64,000 nt of DNA from Octopus vulgaris (lineage: Eukaryota), in the NCBI GenBank assembly GCA_951406725.2, contig OX597815.1, forward strand, positions 15,376,001 through 15,440,000. The letters run 5' to 3'. Position 1 is the first letter of the stretch, and every line of letters starts with the position of its first letter. Position numbers and translations under genes: made by a program. Positions 51,511 to 62,713 of the stretch are shown here, one piece after another. The notes beneath the pieces were generated by a model that did not search any database, had not been told where the DNA came from, and saw nothing but the letters and a program-made list of their open reading frames with translations.

Positions 51511-51648
51511 TCGGAAATATGTTCTCATAAGGACTCAGAAGAGACATGCACTCAGTGAAGCAGCTGTTGTCTTAGTAACTACTTTGATACAAGACATTTT
51601 CTGCTTCATAGATTGCCAAAAGTCCTCTGCAAACTGACAACTCATCAT

Positions 51649-51877
51649 TTAACCCTTTCCTTACCAACCCGGCCAAAACCGGCTCTGGTTCTGAGTACAA
51701 ATGTCTTGTTTTCAAAAGTTTGGAATTAAAATCTTCCACCAAACCTTAGTCACAATTTATGTTCCTAACACTAACTGAATGGTAACCAAATTATTTTACT
51801 AAATTCTTTGTTATATGTAAAATTAATTGAAAGAAACACAAAGCATCTCAAAATAAATACAGTAACGAAAGGGTTAA
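51649..51877. mobile_element. piggyBac-type MITE family 1
   Basis: TTAA TSD and CCCTTTC TIRs. Confidence 0.88.
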
Positions 51878-52479
51878 TAGTGATTGTCATCTTAGAGTTG
51901 ATGTGGCAACAATAAAAGAAATAATTATCAACAGTGAAGTTACAATAGAATGAACCACAGGTCATAAGCAGATTTCAGACAGTGTAACTGGACCAGGAGC
52001 TTCTCCTGAGATTTTGAGTGACATATTAAATCGTTGACTTTGAAGGGTTGAAAAACTTCAATATGTCAGCATTACAATATTGGCTTAAATCCTTGTAAGA
52101 TCAGTTAATATTGAGTTGTCTCCCTTGCGATGAGGACTAGGCGTCTGAAAGCTGAACACGTGTATTTATATAATGTATGAACAACTTAAAAAATATGAGT
52201 CGATCGCTGTAAAAAATAGACTGAAGAGATCTTGTTAAGTGTACACATCCATGTATAGCAGAATATATGGTGCCTGGAGATGAAAAATATATATAGTGCC
52301 TGGAGAAACTGGTTGTGTATGTGATGTGATGTATGAGAATGAAGGTAGTGAGTGAAGAAACTGTATGCTGTATGTACTATGACAGGTGTTTGAGGACATA
52401 TTTTAATAAAGAAGCTGTGTATATATATATATGTGTGTGTGTGTGTGATGCACCTGAGCACTGTATACAATAATTTCAT

Positions 52480-52512
<33 letters not shown>

Positions 52513-52624
52513 TCTTAGAGATAAAACCTCGTAAGAGAAAAAATCTATTCTTCCTCTTTAAAATATTCATTTATATTATATTGAGGGTACTACTATTGTT
52601 GCACTGATGGTTTTGCATTTATAT

Positions 52625-52845
52625 ATATTATATTATATTAAATTAGAGACAAAACCACTATTAGGCAAATCATACAATGAAAAACTTAAGCCAATACATA
52701 AGATTATTAATTAATTATATATATTATTTTTTTTAAATATATATCAAAATAATATAAATTAATTAATCTTATGTATTGGCTTAAGTTTTTCATTGTATGA
52801 TTTGCCTAATAGTGGTTTTATCTCTAATTTAATATAATATAATAT
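52625..52845. repeat. Fold-back element with a one-sided extension to ~52918
   Basis: AATTAGAGACAAAACCACTATTAGGCAAATC... is mirrored. The right arm plus extension matches 33140-33275. Confidence 0.9.
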
Positions 52846-52916
52846 TTTACTATAAAATTGGATTCAATCCTAAATCTAATTTTTCCCTGTAAGTTTGGAT
52901 TTATTCCCTAATATTT

Positions 52917-52954
<38 letters not shown>

Positions 52955-52958
<4 letters not shown>

Positions 52959-53170
52959 TGTTGTGTCTGGGGAGAGTCATTTTCTTTTTGTGCCTTATTA
53001 TTTAACACACTCACTGGTAAAATTTCCACTTATTTCTTATTTTTATTTTCCTAAGATGCAACGAAAATTTCAGGAAAATAAAAAAAAGAAAAAAGTGGAA
53101 ATTTTACCAGTGAGTGTGTTAAATAATAAGGCACAAAAAGAAAATGACTCTACCCAGACACAGCAGTATA
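52955..53170. repeat. Fold-back element with a one-sided extension to ~53288 (same family as 61127-61812)
   Basis: ACTGTTGTGTCTGGGGAGAGTCATTTTC... is mirrored by ...GAAAATGACTCTACCCAGACACAGCAGT. Confidence 0.9.
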
Positions 53171-53286
53171 TGCTTCAACACACGTACTCTAAATGGCGGT
53201 GCCCCAGCTCGTGAGCTGAAACTAGATAAAATAAAATAAAAATAAAATAAAAATATAAAGAATCTTGTAAACCAAATCCAAAAACG

Positions 53287-53319
<33 letters not shown>

Positions 53320-53324
<5 letters not shown>

Positions 53325-53522
53325 GTAAAAGTAATATGTGACGATTATTCGGTAGCCATGATAAAACTCAAGTTTCAGGTGCCGAGGTGGAAATCCACAC
53401 TGCCATTTCTTCAGTTATCCGGATAACTGAAGAGATGGCAGCGTGGATTTCCATTTCGGCACCTGAAACTTGGAGTTTTATCATGGCTACCGAATAATTG
53501 TCACATATTATTTTTACAGATA
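53320..53522. repeat. Spacerless ~200-bp palindrome with a hammerhead-like motif on each strand
   Basis: Centre TTATCC|GGATAA at 53420/53421. The arm reads GATAA-CTGAAGA-...-GAAAC-ttgga-GTT-TTATC. Confidence 0.85.
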
Positions 53523-54037
53523 AATTCCTCTATTTACATAATATAAATAATAATAATAATAATAATAATAATTGTGTTCAGTGCTCAGGTGCACTACAAC
53601 TCATCTAAAGTGTATATATAATCAGGTATAGTTTCGACGGATTTCGGAAGCATGAGGGCCTTAAAGGATGCAGTGTCATGGCAGTCAACAACTGATGCAG
53701 GCAGTTTATTCCATGCTTCAGCAACTCTCAGCGTGAAAAAATGTTTCCGAAAGTCATGGGAGCTGTGTTGTTTTCTGACTTTGTAGGCATGTCCACGTGT
53801 GTTGGACACATGGAGATCGAGGTCTCTTTAATTTTTTTTGTTATCTTACCATTTTTATCGATATATATATATATATATATATGTCAGTGGTGTAGTGTGT
53901 GTGACAATGAAACGTATACAATTATTGTGATGAACCTGCAGATGATAGAAAGGTTTAATTGAATATGAAACGTATTAAACAAATTTGTAAGAGAGGTGGA
54001 GGCTACATATTTAGTGATATTTTCTGATCTGTTGCAG

Positions 54038-54139
54038 CTTTTCCAGACAACTAATGGAGTAGAATGGCGAATGGGGTTTGTTGACACAGCACATTTCTAT
54101 GTCACCAAAGAAGTGGACCAGCTGATTAAAGAAACAGAA
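54038..54139 (+). CDS. XPR1: XPR1 coding exon 5
   Basis: ttgcag|LFQTTNGVEWRMGFVDTAHFYVTKEVDQLIKETE|gtaaat; 102 nt, phase 0 to 0. Confidence 0.92.
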
Positions 54140-54338
54140 GTAAATAATCTTTGTTAGCATTTTTCTAAAACATAGGATCTTGTTTATACTCTTCTTGTTA
54201 CAACTAAGTTTTTATTTATCTATCTTCTCTGAGGAATTTTATCCAAGTCCCGTTTAGCTATCTTCTCTTGAAAATTGTACAGACTGAAGTTTTTAATTTA
54301 GTTAAGACCTTTGTTTAACAGGTTAGGCTTCTTTTCAA

Positions 54339-54560
54339 GGCGGCGAGCTGGCAGAAACGTTAGCACGCCGGACGAAATGCGTAGCCGTATTTCGTCTGCC
54401 GTTACATTCTGAGTTCAAATTCCGCTGAGGTCAACTTTGCCTTTCGTCCTTTCGGGACTGATTAAAAAAGTACCAGTTACGCACTGGGGTCGATATAATC
54501 AACTTAATCCGTTTGTCTGTCCTTGTTTGTCCCCTCTACCTTGTGGGTTGTAAAGAAATA
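54339..54560 (+). mobile_element. SINE family A
   Basis: Family match. Confidence 0.85.
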
Positions 54561-56157
54561 GGTTAGGGTCTTGATATCCCGTGACAGTAGTATAAACACC
54601 TTGGTAAATGGGTGGAATGAAATATTTGATTTCCCCATCTCAGCTTGACACTGACCATGTAACCTGAGTTCTTATATCTAACCCTGCTTGAGAGGATAAC
54701 ACTGTTACAGCACTTACTTCGTGTATCTAGTCTTGCTTGAGAGATTAACATTATCATAACATTTGCCTGCCCCAGATTTATATACTTTACCCTGCTTGAA
54801 AAACCGACACTATAGTATCATTTGCCCATCCTGAATTCATCAGCATCCTCGTTTAATGTCTATGTTCTATGCTGGCAGGAGTTGGATGATTTGATAGGAT
54901 CCGGTGGTTGCTAGTACTGCATCATGCTTCAGTGTCTGCTTTGCCATAGTTTCTACAGTTTGTATGTGTGTGTGTAAAGAGAGAGTGATAAACATTGTGG
55001 TAACACTTGCCCAAGATGTTAAGACCCAGTGTGACAGAGAGAGAAGGACAGGAATATGCTTTTCTCGCTTGTATTTTATTTCAATTCAGGTGCTACTAAA
55101 TGCAAATATATGCCAATAGAGTATTTTTAGAGTGTTAGAATCTTGAATATGCTAGTCTTTTTTTTTTTTTTTGGTTAGTATTAATTTATTAATTGATACA
55201 TGGCTGATTAAATAGAAAGATTGGCAGGTTGGTTGATGAATAAGTAAGTTGATATTTTACTTGTTAAAGATATTGTATTACAACTATATATTTTAAAGCT
55301 ATAGATTATGATGGCTTTCCTACTTCTAGTGAACCCCAAACTTAACTCCTGTCTTTACAAAATCTTTCTCTCTATTGAAGTTTGTCCCGATCTATGGAAA
55401 CCTATAACTATGTGTCCTATTCCAAAGGACAAACTCATTGACTCTACCAAGTACTATACCAACATTGTCACTTCCAATATCATTTTGGGGACGAAAACAG
55501 TTGTAAACAATCATCTCCTTCATCACTTTGAATGTGTCTCCCTTCTCAGTTGCAACCAGCAGAGATTCTACACAAATAGATTTACTAAAGTATTGATTAC
55601 CTACATTACATATTAGTGATTCTTTGAGAACTTGCTGCACCCCCAGCAAAGCTTTCTACTGTATCTGGTACACAAACCTCCTAAGTTTCTCAACTATGAG
55701 ATTCACCTGTCTCTCATAGAGCCAACAAAAGTAGCTTCTATCTGGTCACTTAACCTACTAAAAATGGCAGCTAAATCTTCCTCCAATTATACCCTACCAT
55801 CTGAAAATAGAACATGTTGAATAATGTAACATTGGGCTCCCTGCACTTCAGAAAAATATGGAATACCCGTCCAACCCGTGCTAGCATGGAAAACGGACGT
55901 TAAACGACGATGATGATGACGATACTGAAATACCTTTGAAAATATGTCTGCTTAATTAAACAACAATTTATCTCTGATCTCTTGCTGTAGAAGTTTACTA
56001 TCAGATTTTTCCATTGCACTATGCACTGATGAGGTTCTGTACATCTGATCAGGGCTGAAATACTTCAGTCCTGATCAGTTGATGACCATCTGCAAAATTC
56101 ACGTAAGACCCACACTAGATTACTGTGGACATATCTAGGACATACAATCTTAGCAAC

Positions 56158-56490
56158 ATCATCGTTCATCGCTTAACATCCGCTCTCCATGCTAGCATTT
56201 TGACTGAGGGCTGGCGAACCAGATGGCTGCACCAGGCTTCAATCTTGATTTGGCAGAGTTTCTACAGCTAGATGCCCTTCCTAACGCCAACCACTCTGAG
56301 AGTGTAGTGGGTGCTTTTTACGTGCCACTGGCACGGGGGCCAGTCAGGCAGCACTGGCAATGACCTTGCTCGAATCGTTTTACACATGCTACCTGCACAG
56401 GTGCCAGTAAGGCGACATTGGTAACGATCACACTCGAATGGTGCCCTTTTACGTGCCACTAGCACGGAAGCCAGTTGGCTGCTCTGGCAA
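56158..56490 (-). mobile_element. RTE-LINE 3' tail repeat (family C)
   Basis: Family match. Confidence 0.8.
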
Positions 56491-57692
56491 AATACATCAC
56501 AAATCTATATTACATTACTAATCAAATACCTGGAACACCTGTTGCTGCCATTCACTTACCACATCCAAAAGAAGACCATTTAACTGACCACCAAGGATTT
56601 ACTCATCAATAAACTACAATCATTAACTCTTGATTTGCTGCTTCTTCGCTCTATCTCTTTAATCACTACTAAAAACAACCTCCTCTGAACTAGCAAGCTA
56701 CGTATCTCCTTTAAACCAAGGCAACCATCTCTTCTCCTCTCATCATCCCTATCACCTCACCCTTCAAAACCTATCCACTTTCCTAATCCTTCTTTCCCCT
56801 TAACTGCAACCCTCTGGAAATGCATCCCTACCCACGTTTTTCCTTTTCCTGCAGATGTCAACCTACAGAAGGCCAAGCTGAACGTCAACTACATCAATCT
56901 CCAGTCTTGGAGGGCCTCCAAACGTCGTGGGCCCTCTCCCCTCCTCAGCCTTCTGTCAGGAGCTTACCTTACACTCTACAACCACTTCCTGTAAGATCTA
57001 AACTAATATTAAAGTACTAAATTAGTCAGACAATTAATCTGGTAATTTCTTTAGCCCAAGCTGTTTTCCAGAACGTTCATGATATGAAAGAACTAAAAGA
57101 AATATAAAAGTGAACATAGAACTATGATATTGGTCTCATGTAGAGAAAGGTAAGTTTAATGAGAAAGAATTAACGACTAAACAAGAAAATGGAGAACTTG
57201 ATACCAATAACCTCCTGGTTTCTGCATGTGATTAGGTTTCATTTATTTATATATCATGGTATATTATACAGTTACTTAAAACTAATTATTATTATTTTGT
57301 GTCTATATCTTTCTGCTTTTTTACTCAGTCCTGTACCATGTTTTGTGTTTATTCTCAAAACATCCAGACAGCAATGGGAATCGGTAAATCAGTTTGGACA
57401 GTTCTATCGTTATAGAAATGGGTTTCTATATTATGTCCCCATATTATGTTGATTTTTTTTTTAAAAAAAAGGCACCCAAATCCTTTACATTTGAATATTT
57501 CAACCAGAACTGTGATTTGAAATTTCTCAATGTTTTGGGGAAGAGGATTCCCCTACCCACTATATATTTTTTTTTCCTGAATAGAATCCCTTCACTATCA
57601 GTTTCTCTTCACTTGTTTTTGTTGTTTGTTTCTCTTTGTAATATTTGATTATCAATTCTGGCATTAATGTTGTTCCATTTATTACAAAACAG

Positions 57693-57773
57693 CAAATTGT
57701 GACCACAGATTTAGAAGGAGGTAACCGACAAAAGGCCATGAAGAGGTTGCGAGTCCCACCATTAGGAGAAAAG
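57693..57773 (+). CDS. XPR1: XPR1 coding exon 6
   Basis: aaacag|QIVTTDLEGGNRQKAMKRLRVPPLGEK|gtatat, with the conserved AMKRLRVPPLG; 81 nt. Confidence 0.94.
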
Positions 57774-58294
57774 GTATATTTTTTATCTTTTTTTTTTTTT
57801 TTTTTTTTTTTGTCAGTTTTGGCCAGTCTGGTTGTAGACTGAACAGTTCTGCCATGTTAAATATTTTGTATACAGTCTTCCTATTTTGCCTCTTCTTCTT
57901 TGTCCCCTTTTTAATCCTCTTCCTCCCTCTTATTATTTTCTAGCTAAGGGACTCCTTTTAGCATATCCATTATATTGTGGAAATAAATATTTATCCCTTA
58001 CCATTATTTGTGAGAGACACTGCTCTCCAAACCAGTTTGGTCTTAGACTACTGTGGGGTTAGCACTAAATATGCAGGCACTGACTTTGTACTGTAACTAT
58101 GCCCAAAGCATCAAACATATAACAGCTCAGTCCATTCAACTGTAGATAGGTATCATTGGAAGGACTGGCTCACTTCTGTAAATAGTAGCTGTATTGTAAA
58201 ATTAATGAATGGTTTGCTAGTTTATTGTTTAAGTGTGATACTCCTGTGATCCTCACTTATGATAGAAGCACTAACAATGCAGACCCTGTACAAC

Positions 58295-58515
58295 TAACTC
58301 TTTTACTTGTTTCAGTCATTTGACTGCAGCCATGCTGGAGCACCACCTTTAGTCGAGAAAATCGACCCCAGGACTTATTCTTTGTAAGCCTAGTACTTAT
58401 TCTATCGGTCTCTTTTGCTGAACTGCTAAGTTACGGGGACACAAACACACCAGCATCAGTTGTCAAGCGATGTTGGGGGGACAAACACAGACACACAAAC
58501 ATATACACACACATA

Positions 58516-58546
<31 letters not shown>

Positions 58547-58564
58547 GTTTAACGTTCGCTTTCC

Positions 58565-58597
<33 letters not shown>

Positions 58598-58656
58598 TAT
58601 GTGTGTGTATATGTTTGTGTGTCTGTGTTTGTCCCCAACACACACATATACATGTG

Positions 58657-58710
<54 letters not shown>

Positions 58711-58885
58711 CATATATACGACAGGCTTCTTTCAGTTTCCGTCTACCAAATCCACTCACAAGGCTTTAGTAGGCCCGAGGCTATAGTAGAAGACACTTGC
58801 CCAAGGTGCCACACAGTGGGACTGAACCTGGAACCATGTAGTTGGTAAGCAAGCTACTTACCACACAGCCACTCCTATGCCTATA
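58295..58885 (-). mobile_element. CORE-type SINE family B with an internal inverted duplication
   Basis: Family match interrupted by the hairpin at 58471-58640. Confidence 0.85.
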
Positions 58886-59193
58886 TATATCTTCTATAAA
58901 TATTCTGAAGTTTATCTTTCATTTGTTGATTCATTTTAAGTTTGTTTTTTTCCAAGCTGTCATGAGTTAGATGAATACATATTATTGGGATAATATTTCA
59001 CAGTTTGTTGCCCTGCCTATTGCTAACCCTTACCTATTTTTCAAGTAAGGGATTTTTTTTTAACCATTTGCCTTTAAAATCACAGAATTAACTAACAGTT
59101 TGTTGACAAGGAAAGTCAACAAACTATACCATTAACACAAAGTTAAGAATGTAAACATTCACATGCACATACACACAAGTGCACACGCATATA

Positions 59194-59385
59194 AGGCAGC
59201 GAGCTGGCAGACACGTTAGCGCGCCAGGCGAAATGCTTAGTGGTATTTCGTCTGTCGTTACGTTCTGAGTTCAAATTCCGCCGAGGTCAACTTTGCCTTT
59301 CATCCTTTCAGGGTCAATAAATAAAGTACCAGTTTTGCACTGGGGTCGATGTAATCGACTTAATCCCTTTGTCTGTCCTTGTTTA
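59194..59385 (+). mobile_element. SINE family A
   Basis: Family match. Confidence 0.85.
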
Positions 59386-59785
59386 CGTCTACTAAATCTA
59401 CTTACAAGGTATTGGTTAACCTAACGTTAAATTAGAAGACACTCGTCTAAGGTGCTGCTTAGATAGGAATTGAGAGCACACGGTAATAAAGCATACTTTG
59501 TGTCTATACAGCCATACCTGTACCCATTAGACATTATAATCAAAAAAGAGCAACAAAACAACAAACCAATCCAATCCACAAAGTTATCATTTGCCAGACA
59601 GTCACACGTCTACCATTCAATCTTCTTAAATTGTATTTTATTAATTGTTTCAACTATTTTAGCTGCCAATATTCCTGTCACTCTAACTTAAATATAATAC
59701 ATTTACATTACAATCTTAGCAGTTCATTCATAATCTACGTTTCTGAAGAATTACTCATCTTTTTTTTTTCGCTCTCTGTTTTCAG

Positions 59786-59864
59786 CCAGATACTTGGGTA
59801 ACGTTTCGTGTTGGCCTTTTCTCTGGTATCTTCTGTGTTTTACTCTTAGTTATTATCTTAGCAG
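59786..59864 (+). CDS. XPR1: XPR1 coding exon 7 (first transmembrane helix)
   Basis: tttcag|PDTWVTFRVGLFSGIFCVLLLVIILA+G|gtaagt; 79 nt, phase 0 to 1. Confidence 0.94.
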
Positions 59865-60093
59865 GTAAGTTCTTCTACTTCATCTTCACATCTACATTGT
59901 CAACGCTATATGTTTATCACTACTGTTTTGATCTCTCACTATATGTGGTCTATAGAATATATTTCTTCAGGGTTCTTTGATGCAACATTCACTGTAGCCT
60001 CACACAACATGTGATTTATGGAATATATTCCACTGTGGTTCTTCACTAAGTGTACTGTACTGTGACCTCTCTCTACATGTGATTGACATTGGT

Positions 60094-60387
60094 TCCTTCT
60101 CGAGCCATGCCTGGCTCATAAGGGCCAGTTTCCCGGTTTCTTTGGCATATAGGTTCCCCACCTGGACAGGACGCCAATCCATCGCAGGTGAACTGCAAGA
60201 TGCAGGAGGAAAAAGTGAGAGAAAGTTGTGGTGAAAAAGTCAGCAGAAGTTTGCCATTACCTTCTGCCGGAGCCGCATGGAGCTTAGTTGTTTCGCTCAT
60301 AAAAACACACATCACCTGGTCTGAGATTCGAACCCACGATCCCTCGACTGCGAGTTCGCTGCTCTAACCACTAGGCCATGTGCCTCC
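60094..60387 (-). mobile_element. tRNA-derived V-domain-like SINE
   Basis: Minus-strand head TGGCCTAGTGGTTAGAGC...GGGTTCGAATCTC; V-like GATGGATTGGCGTCCTGTCCAGG; ~19-bp TSD ACATGTGATT(G/T)ACATTGGT. Confidence 0.8.
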
Positions 60388-60672
60388 ACATGTGATTTAC
60401 ATTGGTCCTTGTACATTATATTCAGATATAATTTTCCACTACACTCTGTAGTTTCCTAATCCCTTACTTAGTCTGTGTTGTATGGAAATATATATAACAT
60501 TATAAAGGTCAGTGGAAAGTCAACCTTTACATTATGTGAAATGTTAGCTGAGGATGTGAATAGTAATAGCCTGGGAATGATTTTGGATGTCAAAAAGGAC
60601 AGTTTGAGCTTCCAGAAAGTCTTCTAAAGGTTTTTTTTTTAGTTGAAATTAATAGAAAGTTTCCCAAAGTCT

Positions 60673-60900
60673 TTAACCCTTTCGTTACCAACCCGGCTGA
60701 AACCGGCTTTGGCTCTGAGTACAAATGTCTTGTTTTCATGAGTTTTGAATTAAAATCTTCCACCAAACCTTAGTCACAGTTTATGTTCCTAACACTAGCT
60801 GAATGACAACTAAGTTATTTTACTAAATTCTTTGTTACATTTGAAGTAATTGAAAGAAACACAGAGCATCTCAAAATAAATACAGTAACGAAAGGGTTAA
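60673..60900. mobile_element. piggyBac-type MITE family 1
   Basis: TTAA TSD; TIR CCCTTTCGTTAC. Confidence 0.9.
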
Positions 60901-61126
60901 CCTAGACTACCGAAGGACATTGCCTGTTCAGGACAAGCTCCATGGGCAAGAAATTACTGGCAACTGAACTTGTGTGCAATGTGTGCAGAGTGATGAAACT
61001 GTGCCGGATGCATTATTTCAGTGTTTGTACATCGATGACTTATGGGCTTGTATCAAACCTATGGTATCACTTGTAGGAGTGATTTGGTTATAAAGTAATT
61101 TCTGTCAAATTACATTGGGTAATATT

Positions 61127-61812
61127 TCGTTTTTGGATTTGGTTTGCAAGATTCTTTATATGAGTTCGTGTGTTAAAGCATATTCTGTTGTGTCTAGGGA
61201 GAGTCATTTTCTTTTTGGGCCTTATAATGTAATACACTCACCAATAAAATTTCCACTTATTTCTTATTTTTATTTTCCTAAAATTTTCGTTGCGTCTTGC
61301 AACCTTTTCAATAGTCTTGACTCTCTTATAATCTTGCAACCTTTTCAATAGTCTTGACTCTCTTATAATCTTGCAACCTTTTCAATAGTCTTGACTCTCT
61401 TATAATCTTGCAACCTTTTCAATAGTCTTGACTCTCTTATAATCTTGCAACCTTTTCAATAGTCTTGACTCTCTTATAATCTTGCAACCTTTTCAATAGT
61501 CTTGACTCTCTTATAATCTTGCAACCTTTTCAATAGTCTTGACTCTCTTATAATCTTGCAACCTTTTCAATAGTCTTGACTCTCTTATAATCTTGCAACC
61601 TTTTCAATAGTCTTGACTCTCTTATAATCTTGCAACCTTTTCAATAGTCTTGACTCTCTTATAATCTTATCATTTCAAGGCTATTGAAAAGGTTGCAAGA
61701 CGCAACGAAAATTTTAGGAAAATAAAAATAAGAAATAAGTGGAAATTTTACCAGTGAGTGTGTTACATTATAAGGCACAAAAAGAAAATGACTCACCCCA
61801 GACACAACAGAA
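61127..61812. mobile_element. Asymmetric fold-back element with a 16-bp TSD
   Basis: TACATTGGGTAATATT at 61111-61126 and 61813-61828. Arms at about 61181-61318 and 61677-61814. Confidence 0.85.
61296..61665. repeat. Ten perfect tandem copies of a 37-bp unit
   Basis: CTTGCAACCTTTTCAATAGTCTTGACTCTCTTATAAT x10, no spacers. Confidence 0.95.
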
Positions 61813-62268
61813 TACATTGGGTAATATTCTCCACTTATTAGGGACTATTATCTTGTTGACATTTTTGTTTTTGGTCTTTAATTTTTGGATTTTGTGAATT
61901 AACATCCCTGACTGGAAGGGTGAATTAAGTCAAAAGTTTTAAGAAAGAAGCAAAACTGAAAGACTGATAATACAGTCTACAGGCACAATATCAACATGCA
62001 AATTAACTGAATGAATGAATGAGGATTCATATATTCATTACCAAATAATTATTGTAATTAAAACAAAAACAAAAAATAAATTACACGAACATATATAAAC
62101 AGGAGATACAAATATTACAGGCATACCCCCACACACACACTAACTAAACATAGACACACATAGAGGTATACACATGTGCAAATGAAGACACATACAATAG
62201 GAATACAAAATACAAAACGGCTGACCGTTAGTAAGGAGAGACACACAAATAAGAAAGAAGAAAGCAAA

Positions 62269-62313
62269 GGACCACTGATGAGGTCACAGGAGTGTGACGA
62301 AAGAACTCTGGCC
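62269..62313 (+). ncRNA. Minimal type I hammerhead ribozyme candidate
   Basis: GGACCA-CTGATGA-G-GTCACA-ggag-TGTGAC-GAAA-G-aa-C-TC-TGGCC: intact core, 6-bp stem II, minimal stem III, CCA/TGG stem I. Confidence 0.7.
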
Positions 62314-62713
62314 GAAATAAGATTAAGATTAATGTAAAAAATAAATAACACTGAAGCAAAGTAACACCAAATATATAGTGCATGTGTTTTTATTGGCTAA
62401 ACTGGCAAAATGACCATTCCGAAATACAACAATATTGTAATTAAACTTTTAAAGTAACCATTATGAATATTTAGCATTTATTCTGCACAATTAAGTTTTC
62501 ATTTTTATGATTTAACAAAAAAATTCTTTAAATTGGAGAATTGTGAAGTAGGAGCAAGATATAGAAACTATTTCTAAAGTGCATATGTCCTAATAAGAGT
62601 TTTGAGAGAAAGATGCTGAGAGATAATGATTATTAGAGATGAGAGAATTGGTGAGTGTAGGGTTAAGGGTGCATAGCATATAACTCTTGTGTCTAGTATA
62701 ATTCTGTTTTATT

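Noticed and set aside
60310-60387. tRNA-like sequence on the - strand
   Set aside because: It is the head of a TSD-flanked SINE and has no convincing acceptor stem.
61296-61665. 37-bp repeats of CRISPR-like length
   Set aside because: Head-to-tail with no spacers, no cas genes, and inside a eukaryotic intron.
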